DNA of 64,000 bases. Source: Planctomycetota bacterium. GTDB taxonomy: Bacteria > Planctomycetota > Brocadiia > CAIUPP01. The stretch is taken from the NCBI GenBank assembly GCA_022705425.1, contig JAKJEM010000008.1, positions 24,980 through 88,979 of the forward strand. Direction: 5' to 3'. This document shows, piece by piece, positions 18,171-28,982 of this stretch. Made by a program: the position numbers and the translations under genes. How positions within the stretch are numbered: the stretch's first letter is position 1; every line of letters begins with the position of its first letter. The notes under the pieces were generated by a model. That model saw only the letters and a program-made list of their open reading frames with translations. It made no database searches and had not been told where the DNA came from.

Positions 18171-20357
18171 CTAGTCATGGGCCAGGTCAATCTCGACGAT
18201 GCGCGACTGGCCGAGCAGAAAGACCAGCAGTTCGACGCGCTGCCGGGCGGCGGCGGCGCGCAGGGCGTCCTCAAAATCCTTGAGTCCGGAGACCTTCCGC
18301 CCATCCACCTGCGAGATGATCTCGTACGGGCGTATCTGCGCCACGGCGGCCTTGCTGCCGGCCACCACGTCGCTGACGACGACTCCGGGGGCGTCGGACG
18401 GGAGCCGAAGGACGTCCCGCACGTCATAGGTCATGGGCCGCACCGTCAGCCCCAGGGCGGAGTCTTCGTGCTGCGGCGCACTGTCGAAATCCTGCGGCGC
18501 CTTCTCGATCTGGAAGTCGAGTCGGCGCTCGACGCCGCCGCTGAAGAGGCGAAGGGTAGCCGGACGGCCCTCGCCGAGCAGGGTAAGGATGGCTGTGAAG
18601 TAGTTGCGGCGCGGCCGCCAGATGCGGTAGCCGCCGATGCCCGGCCCCCGCCCGCCCTCGCCGGCGCGCGGCGGCTGGGCCAGGTCAATCTCCCCCGGAG
18701 CGCCGGGAAAGGTCAGCGTCAGCAGGATATCCCCGCGCCGGAGACCCATCCGCGCAGCAGGGGAGGGATCGTAAACCCCCGTCACGAGCAGGCCGCGCGC
18801 GCCGTTGCGCGTCGGCCCCTCGGCATTCATGGCGCGGGCAACGGCCGGTGTCATGGGCTGGAACTCCACTCCCAGCCAGCACAGGCCCTGCTCTTCCTGG
18901 CGGGACATCGGGCGCGCAACGGGATCGAAGCGACCTTTGGGACCGGCCAGGTCCGCGGCGATCTCCGGGAACAGGAAGATGCGGCGCTGATGCCCCTGCG
19001 GTTGTTGACGGCGGGCTTGGCGCGCGAGAATCTCGTCGCGCTCCTCGCGCCGTATCGGGGCGTAGAAGCCGGCCAGACGTCCTTCGGCGTCGAAGATCAA
19101 TGCGCCGACATCGAGCGGTTTGCGCGGCGAGAGGATGCGCGTGTCCTTGTACCCCTTGGCAACGTCAAGGTAGCGGTTGTAGTCCGTCTCCACCTGACGC
19201 TGTCCGTAGCGGCGCGCGACGCTGAGGGTGTGAAAGATGCGACCGCGCGGGAAGGAGACCGATGCCGGCAGAACGGCCGGCGTACCGGCAACGCCCTTGG
19301 CGCGTATGAGAAAGGCCCCGTAGTCCCGGAAGAGCCCCTCGAACTGCGCCTCGACGATGCGCTCACCCTCGCGCACGACGATGCGGTCTATCTGGCGGAT
19401 GGCGTCCCGATCGAGTTCCGTCGGCACGAAGATGCGCCCGCCGGCGTCCAGCAGAAGTCCGTAGAGAACGTAGCGTCCTTCTCCGGCGCTGAGATACTGG
19501 CCGGCGCGGCTGTCGCTCCGGAAGAAGACCTCGACTTCCTTGAGGCTTCCCTCGCAGCCTGCGCGCAGGCGCATCCAGGTTGCCTCCAACGCCGCCGTAT
19601 CAAGACGGCGGTCCTCCAGGATGGAAAGGCCCACCCAGGAATTGAGTTCCTTGTCGCTGCGCCAGGCCGCCTCATCGAGGACCATGCCCACGGCTTCGCC
19701 CTGGCCGTTGAAGAGAAGGACGGGCACGGCGCTGAGGGGGTCCGGGGCGTGCCGGTCCTGCCACCACACCATCTCGACCGCGTCGTCCTTGACCCCGGCG
19801 GCAATGGCGGCGGTGGCGGCGGCATCCACCCGCAAGGCCAAGGTATCCTCGAGGAAGGCCGGCTGCGCGACCCAGAGGGGCTCCGCCTTGCGCAACTGCG
19901 CCGGGGCGAAGGAGATACAGGGGAGTCTTGCGTCCGTCGAAACCGCCGGTTCGAGAAGAACTCCGGCGTGGTTTTCGAGGACGGCGGATACCTTCATGGG
20001 CTTTGATTGTCCGGAGGCGTCCCATGCTTCGATCGGACCGTAGCGCTTGAGCGGCAGCCCGGAATCGCGGATGAGCAGCGTTCCCTCGGGGGTGACTCGC
20101 ACTCCGGCAACGCTCATCGGCAAGCGAAGGCGCGAATGGTTGTCGTAGAGGTCCTGGATCGGCGCACGGTCGCGGTAGGGGGCTTCCGGGTCGTCAAGAA
20201 CCGTGATGCGAACGATGGACAACGCCGGCAAGAGCGCGTCGTAGACGCGCTGCACCGCCGGATCGGCGGCGACGGCCGGAACCTCGGGCGCCTGGGGCGC
20301 CTCCATCTGTCCGGGGAACGTCACGGTCAGCGCCAGGAGGAACGAACAGACGTGCAT
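18171..20357 (-). CDS. secreted PDZ-domain protein, apparently a degenerate (non-catalytic) HtrA-like paralog
   Basis: Signal peptide [17 protein letters not shown]. The C-terminal half has two PDZ-like segments. The region corresponding to the HtrA GNSGGPL block reads [11 protein letters not shown], so no catalytic Ser is evident. Start chosen for signal peptide and RBS spacing (GGAGGG 9 nt upstream). Confidence 0.6.
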   Translation of the reverse strand: MHVCSFLLALTVTFPGQMEAPQAPEVPAVAADPAVQRVYDALLPALSIVRITVLDDPEAPYRDRAPIQDLYDNHSRLRLPMSVAGVRVTPEGTLLIRDSGLPLKRYGPIEAWDASGQSKPMKVSAVLENHAGVLLEPAVSTDARLPCISFAPAQLRKAEPLWVAQPAFLEDTLALRVDAAATAAIAAGVKDDAVEMVWWQDRHAPDPLSAVPVLLFNGQGEAVGMVLDEAAWRSDKELNSWVGLSILEDRRLDTAALEATWMRLRAGCEGSLKEVEVFFRSDSRAGQYLSAGEGRYVLYGLLLDAGGRIFVPTELDRDAIRQIDRIVVREGERIVEAQFEGLFRDYGAFLIRAKGVAGTPAVLPASVSFPRGRIFHTLSVARRYGQRQVETDYNRYLDVAKGYKDTRILSPRKPLDVGALIFDAEGRLAGFYAPIRREERDEILARQARRQQPQGHQRRIFLFPEIAADLAGPKGRFDPVARPMSRQEEQGLCWLGVEFQPMTPAVARAMNAEGPTRNGARGLLVTGVYDPSPAARMGLRRGDILLTLTFPGAPGEIDLAQPPRAGEGGRGPGIGGYRIWRPRRNYFTAILTLLGEGRPATLRLFSGGVERRLDFQIEKAPQDFDSAPQHEDSALGLTVRPMTYDVRDVLRLPSDAPGVVVSDVVAGSKAAVAQIRPYEIISQVDGRKVSGLKDFEDALRAAAARQRVELLVFLLGQSRIVEIDLAHD

Positions 20358-20371
20358 GGGTTCCATCCCTC

Positions 20372-21745
20372 CTATTCCGCACCCCGCTTGACTTCGCGGT
20401 TGAAGTCCAGCGCCAGGTACTGGTGGTAGCCGCCGCGGAGGATTTCCAGAAGCAGCGTACGCTTGCCACGCTCCAGGAGCGTGGACTGCCGATAGATCTC
20501 CTGCAGCGTGAGAAGGTCGGGGACGGGCTGCCCGCCGATCGTCAGCAGGATGTCGCCCGGCTGAAGACCGCTCGACTGTGCGTTCCCTCCCTTGCGCACT
20601 CCAAGGATATAGACGCCGTTCGGAACAAAGTAGGACAGCACCGGCGAACGGAACTTGCTGATCTCCTGGACGCTGCAATTCCAGGCTTCGAGTTCAACGC
20701 CCTCCGTCGTCAGTTGCGGCTTCTCCGTGGGGCGGACGCCGATGGTGATGGTCTCCCCGTTACGCTGTACGAGCAGCGCCGTCTCCTCGCCGGCCCGCTG
20801 ATCGGCGAAGACGGTGCGCACCGACGGCATATCCTCCAGAAAGATGCCGTTGACGGGGATGCCGTTGCAGGAGAGGATGAGATCGCCGGCCTTGAGCCCG
20901 GCGGCGGCGGCGGGGGAGGGATACTCGACGCCGCCCACCAGGACGCCGCGGTCGTAGTCGAGGATCACGTCGCGGATGAAATCCCTGATCGGCTGGAGCT
21001 GAATCCCGAAGTAGGCCCGGTCCACGCGCCCGTGCGCCTGAAGCTGCGCGGCAATACGGCGGACCGTGTTCGAGGGGATCGCGAAGCCCAGATTCTCGCC
21101 GAAGGCCGCGCGGACGGTGTTGATGCCGATGACCTCGCCGCGGTCATTCACCAGGGGGCCGCCGGAGTTGCCGGGGTTGATGGCGGCGTCCGTTTGGATC
21201 CACAGGTTAAAGGCGCCGATTTCGAGGTAGCGCCGCGTGCAACTGACGACGCCGAAGGAGATCGAGCGCGCAAAGCCGAGCGGGCTGCCGAAAGCCATCA
21301 CGAACTGGCCTTCCTGCAGGGCGTCCGAATCGCCGAAGGAGGCGGTCGGCAGGGGGGGGTGGTCCGCCGGAATGCGCAGCCGGAGGAGCGCAAGGTCCGT
21401 GTCGGCATCCACGCCGACGACCTGTGCCGGCCACTGCTCGCTGTTGTACAGGACGCACTTGATCTCGACGCTGTCTTTGGCGACATGGCTGTTCGTCACC
21501 ACGAGGCCGTCGGGGGTGATGATGACGCCGCTGCCGAGGACCTGCTGTCGGGTGAGTTGGCCGGTGCCGAAGTGCTGCTTGATCGGCTTGACGAAGACCA
21601 GCGTGGGAAAGACCGCCTTCTGGACGTTCTGGATCACGTCGCGGAAGTCTTCACGCTCGCGGACCTGAGCCGCGCAGCCGGAGACCGCGAGCAGGAAGAC
21701 GCTTAGAATCCACCCGCACAGGCACACGCGCGCGAAAGACCTCAT
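20372..21745 (-). CDS. htrA: HtrA/DegP-family periplasmic serine endoprotease with two PDZ domains
   Basis: Catalytic triad context: H in TNSHV, D in DLALLR, S in GNSGGPL. Signal/lipoprotein-like N-terminus MRSFARVCLCGWILSVFLLAVSGC. A GGAGG RBS is present. Confidence 0.85.
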   Translation of the reverse strand: MRSFARVCLCGWILSVFLLAVSGCAAQVREREDFRDVIQNVQKAVFPTLVFVKPIKQHFGTGQLTRQQVLGSGVIITPDGLVVTNSHVAKDSVEIKCVLYNSEQWPAQVVGVDADTDLALLRLRIPADHPPLPTASFGDSDALQEGQFVMAFGSPLGFARSISFGVVSCTRRYLEIGAFNLWIQTDAAINPGNSGGPLVNDRGEVIGINTVRAAFGENLGFAIPSNTVRRIAAQLQAHGRVDRAYFGIQLQPIRDFIRDVILDYDRGVLVGGVEYPSPAAAAGLKAGDLILSCNGIPVNGIFLEDMPSVRTVFADQRAGEETALLVQRNGETITIGVRPTEKPQLTTEGVELEAWNCSVQEISKFRSPVLSYFVPNGVYILGVRKGGNAQSSGLQPGDILLTIGGQPVPDLLTLQEIYRQSTLLERGKRTLLLEILRGGYHQYLALDFNREVKRGAE

Positions 21746-21785
21746 TCTCGCCTCCGGGATCTCCGGGACCCTGCGGCCGTCCGGT

Positions 21786-23630
21786 TCATCCGCTGATTCC
21801 CTCGAGAAACCCTTCGAGCCGCCGCGCGCGAACGGGGTGCTGAAGCTTCCGGATCGCCTTGGCCTCGATCTGGCGGACGCGTTCACGGGTGACGTTGAAG
21901 ATGCGCCCGACCTCCTCAAGGGTGTAGGTATAACCGTCGCCGATGCCGTATCGCAGCTTGATGATCTCGCGCTCGCGGTGGGTCAGTGTGTTCAGGACGG
22001 CCTCGATCTTGTCCTTCAGCATCCCCTGCGACGCGACCGAGATCGGCGACTCCGCCGTCTCGTCCTCGATGAAGTCGCCGAAGTAGCTGTCCTCGCTCTC
22101 GCCGACGGGACGGTCAAGGGAGATCGGATGGCGGGAGATCTTCAGGACGCGGCGCGTTTCGCTGACGGACAACTCGGCGCGCAGGGCGATCTCCTCGATG
22201 CTCGGTTCGCGGCCCAACTCCTGCACGAGGGCCTTCGAGATGTTGCGCAGCTTGCTCATCGTCTCGATCATGTGCACGGGGATGCGGATTGTGCGCGCCT
22301 GGTCGGCGATCGAGCGCGTAATGGCCTGCCGAATCCACCACGTGGCGTAGGTGCTGAACTTGTAGCCGCGCTTGTACTCGTACTTGTCCACGGCCCGCAT
22401 GAGGCCCGTGTTCCCCTCCTGGATGAGGTCCAGGAAGGACATCCCGCGGTTGCGGTACTTCTTGGCGATGCTGACGACCAGGCGCAGGTTTCCGGCCGAG
22501 AGCCGGCGCTTGGCGTCTTCGTATTCCTCGAACCGGAGTTCCACGGCGCGGACGCGGCGCGCCAGCGCCTCGGGCTCCTCAACCGCCTCCCATTCGCACT
22601 GGTCCAGTTCCTGCACGGCCTTGACGCGCCGTTCCTGGTCGCGCCCCGCCTTGCCGATGCGTTCGATCTCCTTGCGAAGGCACTCCATCCGGTCGGCGAT
22701 CTCGTGGATGCGCTTCATCAGGTGCTGCACCTTGCGGGTGCGAATGCTGACTTCCTCCAGCAGACGCACGCCACGCCGGCGTCGCGCCCGCATCCGCCGC
22801 AGGAGCTCGACGCGCTTCTTCTGCGACAGGCGCGGTTGTTTCAGTTCCCGGAAGTCCTGCTTATTGCTTTCAAGCATCTTGTTCAGCGTCTTGACATTCT
22901 CCACGAGGCGCTTGCTGATCTCCTCGCGGTCATGCTCTTCCGTCGAATCGAAGTGCAGCGTCCGATCAAAGGGCTGTTCTCCCTCGCTGACGCCGTCAAG
23001 GATGGTCAGGCAATGGCTCAGGGCGAAGTCCGATTCCAGCAGCTTGGTCCGGAAGCGTTTGCGCGTGATCTCGATCTTCTTGGCCAGGCGAATTTCCTCG
23101 TCACGCGTAAGGAGGGGGATTTCGCCCATCTGCGTCAGGTACATGCGGACGGGGTCGTCTATCCGCGCGCCGGTCGCGGCCGTCTCGATTTCCTCCTCCA
23201 CAACGGCAATTTCCGCCTCCACCACGGCAGGGGGGGGCTCGACGGCGTCCGCCTCGTCCACAAGGTCAATGCCCATCTCGTCGAGCTGGATCAACAGCTC
23301 GTCAATCTTCTCCGGAGAGGCGATGTCGTCGGGCAGGGCTTCGTTGAACTCCTCGAAGGTCAGGAAGCCGCGCTCCTTGCCCCGGCGGAATATCTGCTCG
23401 ACGCCGGGGGGCATCTTCTCCAAACGCGACTGGAATCGTTCCGCTTCCGTCTGGGCGGCGGTCTTTTCCGTCACGGTAGCGGAGCGCGCCGCGCGGGTCG
23501 TCTTAACGGCGTCCTCGCGCCGGGCATCCTTTCCTCGCGCCGCCGCCGGGGCAGGCTTGGACGCGCCCTTTGCGGGATGGCCGGACTCGCGTCGCAACTC
23601 CTGTCGTGTCTTCCGTTTCTCCACGGGCAT
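21786..23630 (-). CDS. rpoD: RNA polymerase sigma factor sigma-70 (RpoD)
   Basis: Regions 1.2, 2, 3 and 4 are conserved ([26 protein letters not shown], the region-4 helix-turn-helix). Acidic region 1.1 is present. An AAGAGGA RBS precedes the start. Confidence 0.9.
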   Translation of the reverse strand: MPVEKRKTRQELRRESGHPAKGASKPAPAAARGKDARREDAVKTTRAARSATVTEKTAAQTEAERFQSRLEKMPPGVEQIFRRGKERGFLTFEEFNEALPDDIASPEKIDELLIQLDEMGIDLVDEADAVEPPPAVVEAEIAVVEEEIETAATGARIDDPVRMYLTQMGEIPLLTRDEEIRLAKKIEITRKRFRTKLLESDFALSHCLTILDGVSEGEQPFDRTLHFDSTEEHDREEISKRLVENVKTLNKMLESNKQDFRELKQPRLSQKKRVELLRRMRARRRRGVRLLEEVSIRTRKVQHLMKRIHEIADRMECLRKEIERIGKAGRDQERRVKAVQELDQCEWEAVEEPEALARRVRAVELRFEEYEDAKRRLSAGNLRLVVSIAKKYRNRGMSFLDLIQEGNTGLMRAVDKYEYKRGYKFSTYATWWIRQAITRSIADQARTIRIPVHMIETMSKLRNISKALVQELGREPSIEEIALRAELSVSETRRVLKISRHPISLDRPVGESEDSYFGDFIEDETAESPISVASQGMLKDKIEAVLNTLTHREREIIKLRYGIGDGYTYTLEEVGRIFNVTRERVRQIEAKAIRKLQHPVRARRLEGFLEGISG

Positions 23631-23685
23631 GTAGTTCCTCTTGAAACCCTGATGATGGGTCAAACGTCCCGCGACCGTCGCGCCG

Positions 23686-25506
23686 CTACGGTTGAGTCAC
23701 CGGCTCCTTCTTCCGCTCCAGCGTTCCCCTCTTCCGTTGTGCCTCGCGTAGCGAAGCCAGTCGGGCGTGCAGCGCGCCGTCCAAGTCCGCCGGCGCGCCC
23801 TGCGTCGTCGTGGTCGCCACAACGCGCTGCATCTCACGGCTGCGTCGTTCCAGCGCTCGGGCCTCGATGCCGTTCAGAATCTCGCGACACCACCGCGCCG
23901 GATGTTCCACGGCGACGGGCGGGTGTGCGACCAGCGCCTCTGCGACGGCGCGCAACTCCTCCTCCTGCGTCCGGGCCAGCAGGTCTGCCGGTCCAATGGA
24001 ACCCGCTTCGGACAGCGCGCAGGCACGTTCGATCAAGAGACGAGCCGAGGGGTCCTCCAGCAGGTCGGGGCGGAGATGGTCGCGCACCATCGAGACCGTT
24101 TCCGGGTACTGCAGCATGACAAGGAGCAACTCTGTTTCGGCGCGGCGACCGGGGGGGGGCGCTTCATCCGAGACGGCGGTGGCTCGCAGCCGCGTCCGCT
24201 CCTGCTGCGCCCGGAGGACGTCCAGTCGTTCCGAGAGCGCGCGCTCGGAAAGACCGGTCGCGGCCGCCGCCTTGCGGACTTCCTGCGCGCGCGCCACGGG
24301 GTTGGGCATCTGGGCCACCGTGGCCAGCACATCATCCAGGGCGCGGGCCACCGGCGCGCCGGGGGCGGTGGCGGAGGGCGCGTCGGCCATGGCGCGTTTC
24401 AACTTGAACGTCATGCCATCCTCGGCGGCGGCGATCAGCGCGTCGAAGGATTCAATCCCGCGCTGCTGCAGGAACTCGTCGGGGTCGAGTCCGTCGGGGA
24501 TCACGGCCACGCGAACGGCAAGTTCCTCGGAGGCAAAGGCGTCTATGCTCCGAGAAGCCGCGCTCTGCCCGGCGTTGTCGGCGTCGAAAAGCAGGATCGC
24601 CTCATCCACGAAGCGCCGCAACACTCGGACGTGATCGCGCGAGAGGGCCGTCCCCAATACGCCAACCACGTGCCGCGCGCCGTGCTGATGCGCCATGACG
24701 GCATCCATGTAGCCTTCGACGATGATGGCCTTGCGCTCCTCGCGCAGGGCCGTCCGCGCGCGATCAATGGCGTACAACGTGCGGCCCTTCGAGAACAGGG
24801 GGGTCTCGGGGCTGTTCAAGTACTTCGGCTCGCTCCCGTCGAGACACCGCGCGCCGAAACCGATGACGCGGTCCTGCGCGTCGTAGATCGGGAAGATGAT
24901 GCGGTTCCGGAAGCGGTCATAGCGACGGTCGGACTGGTCGCTGACGCTCAAGAGTCCGGCGCGCGTGAGCACCTCCTCATCGTAGCCCTTGCGCGCCCCG
25001 CCCTTGGCCAGGGCATCCCACGAGTCGGGCGCGTAACCGATGCGGAAGAGCTTGAGCGTGTCCAGCGTCAGTCCCCGACCCAGAAGGTAGTCCAGCGCTG
25101 CCTTGCCGATCGGGCGCTCCACCAGACACCGGTGAAAGGACTCTGCCGCCCACGCGTTGACCTCGTACAGCCGCGCCTTCTCGCCCTTCTCGGCGGGGTC
25201 GTACTCGCGGTGGGGGAGTTGAATGTTCGCGCGCTCGGCCAGATGGCGCAGCGCCTCGCCAAAGCCGAGCCCGTCGGTCTTCATGACGAAGGTGAAGACA
25301 TCACCCCCCACGCCGCACCCGAAGCACTTGAAAATCTGCTTCTCTGGGTTGACGTGAAAGGAAGGGGTCTTTTCCCGATGAAACGGGCAAAGCCCCGTCA
25401 TCCCCGCGCCCGCCTTCTTGAGCTGCACCGTCTCCCGCACGATGGACACGATGTCAGTCGCCTGGCGGACGCGGTCAACAATGTCGTCCGAGATCAGTCT
25501 GGCCAC
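23686..25506 (-). CDS. dnaG: DNA primase
   Basis: CHC2 zinc finger [18 protein letters not shown] and a TOPRIM domain (EGYMD). The dnaG-rpoD gene order is the conserved macromolecular-synthesis arrangement. Confidence 0.9.
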   Translation of the reverse strand: MARLISDDIVDRVRQATDIVSIVRETVQLKKAGAGMTGLCPFHREKTPSFHVNPEKQIFKCFGCGVGGDVFTFVMKTDGLGFGEALRHLAERANIQLPHREYDPAEKGEKARLYEVNAWAAESFHRCLVERPIGKAALDYLLGRGLTLDTLKLFRIGYAPDSWDALAKGGARKGYDEEVLTRAGLLSVSDQSDRRYDRFRNRIIFPIYDAQDRVIGFGARCLDGSEPKYLNSPETPLFSKGRTLYAIDRARTALREERKAIIVEGYMDAVMAHQHGARHVVGVLGTALSRDHVRVLRRFVDEAILLFDADNAGQSAASRSIDAFASEELAVRVAVIPDGLDPDEFLQQRGIESFDALIAAAEDGMTFKLKRAMADAPSATAPGAPVARALDDVLATVAQMPNPVARAQEVRKAAAATGLSERALSERLDVLRAQQERTRLRATAVSDEAPPPGRRAETELLLVMLQYPETVSMVRDHLRPDLLEDPSARLLIERACALSEAGSIGPADLLARTQEEELRAVAEALVAHPPVAVEHPARWCREILNGIEARALERRSREMQRVVATTTTQGAPADLDGALHARLASLREAQRKRGTLERKKEPVTQP

Positions 25507-25566
25507 TTGGGTCCGCGTAACTGCTTGTATAACAACAGGTTACACCGCTATACAGCGTTCTCTATA

Positions 25567-25595
25567 AGTATATCCCACGTTTTGAGTGTTGTCAA
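25567..25595 (-). promoter_or_regulatory. near-consensus sigma70 promoter (TTGACA - 17 nt - TATACT) driving dnaG-rpoD
   Basis: The minus strand reads ...cgtTTGACAacactcaaaacgtgggaTATACTtatag... in the AT-richer 159-bp intergenic region. This leaves a roughly 55-nt leader before the dnaG ATG. Confidence 0.5.
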
Positions 25596-25665
25596 ACGCG
25601 GAATCTAAGCGGTTTGTCCCCGGCAGCATGGTCCTGCCGCCTTCCGGTTCTTGCTCTCCACATCT

Positions 25666-27600
25666 CTACCGCTCAAAGACTACCGTCGCCACCGTGCATG
25701 GACCAAGAACGATGGTAGTGTTGTCCGGAACGGCGTGAATCCACTCCTCGCGCATCGTGATCACCGGCGGCTGCCCGTCAGCATTCATCGCTTCAGGGCC
25801 GGGGCCGTCCATGGCGATGAGACGGGCCTTGCCGGGGGCAATGTCAATCCCATTGCAGACCACCGTGACAGCGATGGGACGCGTGGGGTGGTAGGAGAGC
25901 AGGTTGACGGCAAGGCAGGCCGGGATCTTCACGGCGACGGCGGAGACCCAGCCGCGCTTGCGTGGAAAGCCGACCCACGATGCCATGAGCGTGGGCCCCT
26001 CATAACGGGTCATCACAGCCTCGCCCTCTGATAGTGGAGCAAGCGCCCGAAAGACGATCCCGCCAGGGGCATAACGGAAGCCCCCCTCGGGTGTGGATTC
26101 CAGAATACGGAAGGCCGCGCTCTTGATGCACCAGAAATTCGCTCCTTCGCAGTTCGGATCAATCAGCGACGCCTGCGCCATACGAGCCGAGAGAATGGCG
26201 CTCTTCTGATCGCAGCAGCGGTCCCACTCGCCGCCGGTCATGCCGCCGTACTCCGTGCGATGGTAGGGCAACACGCCCAGTGCAGCTTTGGCATTGGGCA
26301 CGGGATCGGGAATCAGCTTCTCGGCCGTGCCGGCGGCTTTGACCATCATCAATTCAAGGGTTTGGATTTCGATTGGCTGTGCCTCGCCCCCTTCAGGTTG
26401 GAGGACGATGGACTTGAGGTACAGGTCGCGGTAGGGCTGGCCCTCGTCCGGATCCGGATTGAGAAACCGGAGGCGAAGCTCATGCCGACCGGCTTGAAGA
26501 TCGCAGAAGTAGGTGAAAGTATCGGTCACTTCACCCTTTTCGCCGGACACAGCCTTCACCGTTTCCACACCCAACACACGCCCGTCCAATTCGACTCGCA
26601 TCTGCGCAGCAACGCCCTTGAGAGGCCGCGACCACGCCGTCACCGCGAGGGCGTGCTTGCCGGCCTTGCTGGTGAAGACGTAGGCGCGGTCGCCGGTGTC
26701 GCGAAAACCGGTGTTGTAGTTGAAGAGGAACTTGCCGCTCGCCGGATAGTCATGGACAATGCGAAAATCGGCAACCCCCTCTTCAGCAGCGACCTTCACG
26801 GGCACTTGTCGCCAGCCGCCCGACCGCCAATCAATCACGCCGATCTTGATCTTCGGGTCCACCTGCTTCATCAACCGGGAGAACTCCACCACGCGTGCCG
26901 CGTAGGTATCGGGGGTGAGTCCTGCGCCCTGCTCAGAGGCGTAGACTTCATTCCCGATCTCCCAATACATCACATCGTATGGCTCCGGATGACCGTTCGC
27001 GGCGCGCTGCTTTGCCCAGTACTGCGAATCCCTCCAATCCTCTCCCCGCGCGTCCATGCCGATGGCCACCGGCGCGGCCCCGATCTTCGCATTCGCATAA
27101 GCCACCCACGCCGCCGCCTCCTGCGCCGTGCCGGAGTCCTCCCGCTTGCCGGGCCATAGATTGCAGTTCACGGTGATCATCGCGCCCCTCGCGCCGACCT
27201 CCTGCGTAAACTTCATGAAATCGTCGAAGCCGAGAAGCGGCACTTCGCCGGTCTTCTCAAAAAAGTTGGTCACCGGACGGCGCTGTGCCAGCGGACCAAT
27301 GGAGTTGGCCCAGCGGAAGGTGTTGGCAAGCGATCCTCCGGGATAGCGGATGAGGCCGGGGGTCATCGCCTTGATCAACTCCACCACGCCCGGTTTGGCC
27401 CCGGAACCGTCCTCCTCAAAGAGTCCCTGCCCCTTCCATACCCACTCCATGTTCTGCCCAAGCCACAACGGCGGTACCCGGCGGATCACCTGCGCCGCCT
27501 CCACCGTCACCGTCGCCCGCAACGGCGCCTCGCCAGCCGCTGCGAGAGGCGTGATCAGGACAAGAGCGAGCATGGCAGACGAGATAAGAGTTCGGCACAT
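25666..27600 (-). CDS. secreted clan GH-A glycoside hydrolase, GH51 alpha-L-arabinofuranosidase-like, with a C-terminal beta-sandwich region
   Basis: Signal peptide MCRTLISSAMLALVLITPLAAAG. Contains IRYPGGSLANTFRW and WEIGNEVY (catalytic acid/base NE), resembling GH51. Start set at the ATG giving the signal peptide. Confidence 0.6.
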   Translation of the reverse strand: MCRTLISSAMLALVLITPLAAAGEAPLRATVTVEAAQVIRRVPPLWLGQNMEWVWKGQGLFEEDGSGAKPGVVELIKAMTPGLIRYPGGSLANTFRWANSIGPLAQRRPVTNFFEKTGEVPLLGFDDFMKFTQEVGARGAMITVNCNLWPGKREDSGTAQEAAAWVAYANAKIGAAPVAIGMDARGEDWRDSQYWAKQRAANGHPEPYDVMYWEIGNEVYASEQGAGLTPDTYAARVVEFSRLMKQVDPKIKIGVIDWRSGGWRQVPVKVAAEEGVADFRIVHDYPASGKFLFNYNTGFRDTGDRAYVFTSKAGKHALAVTAWSRPLKGVAAQMRVELDGRVLGVETVKAVSGEKGEVTDTFTYFCDLQAGRHELRLRFLNPDPDEGQPYRDLYLKSIVLQPEGGEAQPIEIQTLELMMVKAAGTAEKLIPDPVPNAKAALGVLPYHRTEYGGMTGGEWDRCCDQKSAILSARMAQASLIDPNCEGANFWCIKSAAFRILESTPEGGFRYAPGGIVFRALAPLSEGEAVMTRYEGPTLMASWVGFPRKRGWVSAVAVKIPACLAVNLLSYHPTRPIAVTVVCNGIDIAPGKARLIAMDGPGPEAMNADGQPPVITMREEWIHAVPDNTTIVLGPCTVATVVFER

Positions 27601-27759
27601 CCGAGCATTCCTTTCCACACAGATGAACACTCGCCGCCTTGCGTCTGTCACTCCGCCAACACGACATGCCGTCGGATGCAGCACTGTCGTGTGGCCCGTC
27701 AAGGGAAAGGAAGGATGCGCCGGCACTTCCTCCCTTGCTTTGGTCCGCCCCCACATCGG

Positions 27760-28974
27760 TCAGGGCAACGTGGCGCGCATGACGCGCAACATATTGCCAC
27801 CAATGATCTTACGCACATCTTCGTCACTATGCCCCCTTTGCACAAGCCCAACAGTGAAGATGGGCCAGTTTGTCCATGCCAGGCTGCGCCCTTGCTCAGG
27901 CTTCGACCATTCCGGTCCTTGAAACGCCAGGGATTCCGGCCAGTAATTCTCCCATCCCCGGCGGGACTTCATTCCCGACACGCGCCCCAGTTCGGTCGCA
28001 TAGTCGGGGGGCGTGTAGGCCACGTCGGTCCCGATGCCGACGTGATCCACGCCGATGGTCTTAACGGCGTAGTCCAGGTGGTCGAGAAAGGCGCGGATAT
28101 CCCCGGAACCGCCGAGAAAGCCGGGCACACAGCAAATGCCGACCAGGCCGTCCGTGTCCGCGATGGCGCGAAGGACCTCGTCGGGTTTGCCGCGCCTGTG
28201 CGGGTGAAGCCCTGCGCACACGGTGTGGCTGGCAACCATCGGACGCGTGGAGACGCGCGCCGCCTCCTGGCTGGTCCGCCACCCGCTGTGCGCCACGTCA
28301 ATCAGAACGCCGACCCGGTTCATTTCCGCGACTACGGCGCGGCCAAAATCGCTCAACCCCGCGTCCGATTCCTCCGCGCAGCCGTCGCCGATCATGTTCC
28401 GACGGTTGTACGTGAGGTGCATCATGCGCACGCCAAGCTGAAAGAAGATCCGTATCCAGGCCAACTCCTCGACAGCGTTACGCCACTCTTCGCCCAGAGG
28501 AACGCCATTTCCGGTCAGGCAGAGGCCGCGCTTGCCCGCGGCCCGCGCCTGCACGATGTCATCGGGCCGCGTAATGCGGAGCAGGACGTCCGGCATGGCG
28601 TCGGTGGCGTACGTATAGTGGGCCAGGCGGCGGAGGAGTCCCTTCACCGATTGCCCCTCCTCGCCGGCGTTCTGGAAGATGCAGGTAACGCCAGCGGCTT
28701 CGAAGGCCTCGACAAAGGCCCGTTTCTGCGCGGCATCCGTGGCACAGTGCGTCATCATCATCTCCTCGCGCAGCCACTGCAGTTCCTTCGGCGAGGCGCC
28801 GTCGTCCATGGCGCGCCGAAGCGCCGCGCCGTCCGGCGCGGCACGGGGGCAGAAACCATAGGTTTCGACGACCACAGACTCCGCGTGCAGCTTCAGTCCT
28901 CGGTCCAACTGCGCCGGTGACGGTTTGAGGATGTCAACGGCCAGCTCCCGTGACGTTCGAATCCTGTCGTCCAT
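27760..28974 (-). CDS. membrane dipeptidase (peptidase family M19, renal dipeptidase-like)
   Basis: Conserved M19 blocks: HLTYNRRN, DVAHSGW, HSHTVCAGLHPH-like metal ligands and GIGTDV. An AGGAG RBS precedes the internal ATG. Confidence 0.75.
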   Translation of the reverse strand: MDDRIRTSRELAVDILKPSPAQLDRGLKLHAESVVVETYGFCPRAAPDGAALRRAMDDGASPKELQWLREEMMMTHCATDAAQKRAFVEAFEAAGVTCIFQNAGEEGQSVKGLLRRLAHYTYATDAMPDVLLRITRPDDIVQARAAGKRGLCLTGNGVPLGEEWRNAVEELAWIRIFFQLGVRMMHLTYNRRNMIGDGCAEESDAGLSDFGRAVVAEMNRVGVLIDVAHSGWRTSQEAARVSTRPMVASHTVCAGLHPHRRGKPDEVLRAIADTDGLVGICCVPGFLGGSGDIRAFLDHLDYAVKTIGVDHVGIGTDVAYTPPDYATELGRVSGMKSRRGWENYWPESLAFQGPEWSKPEQGRSLAWTNWPIFTVGLVQRGHSDEDVRKIIGGNMLRVMRATLP

Positions 28975-28982
28975 GCCGGCTC

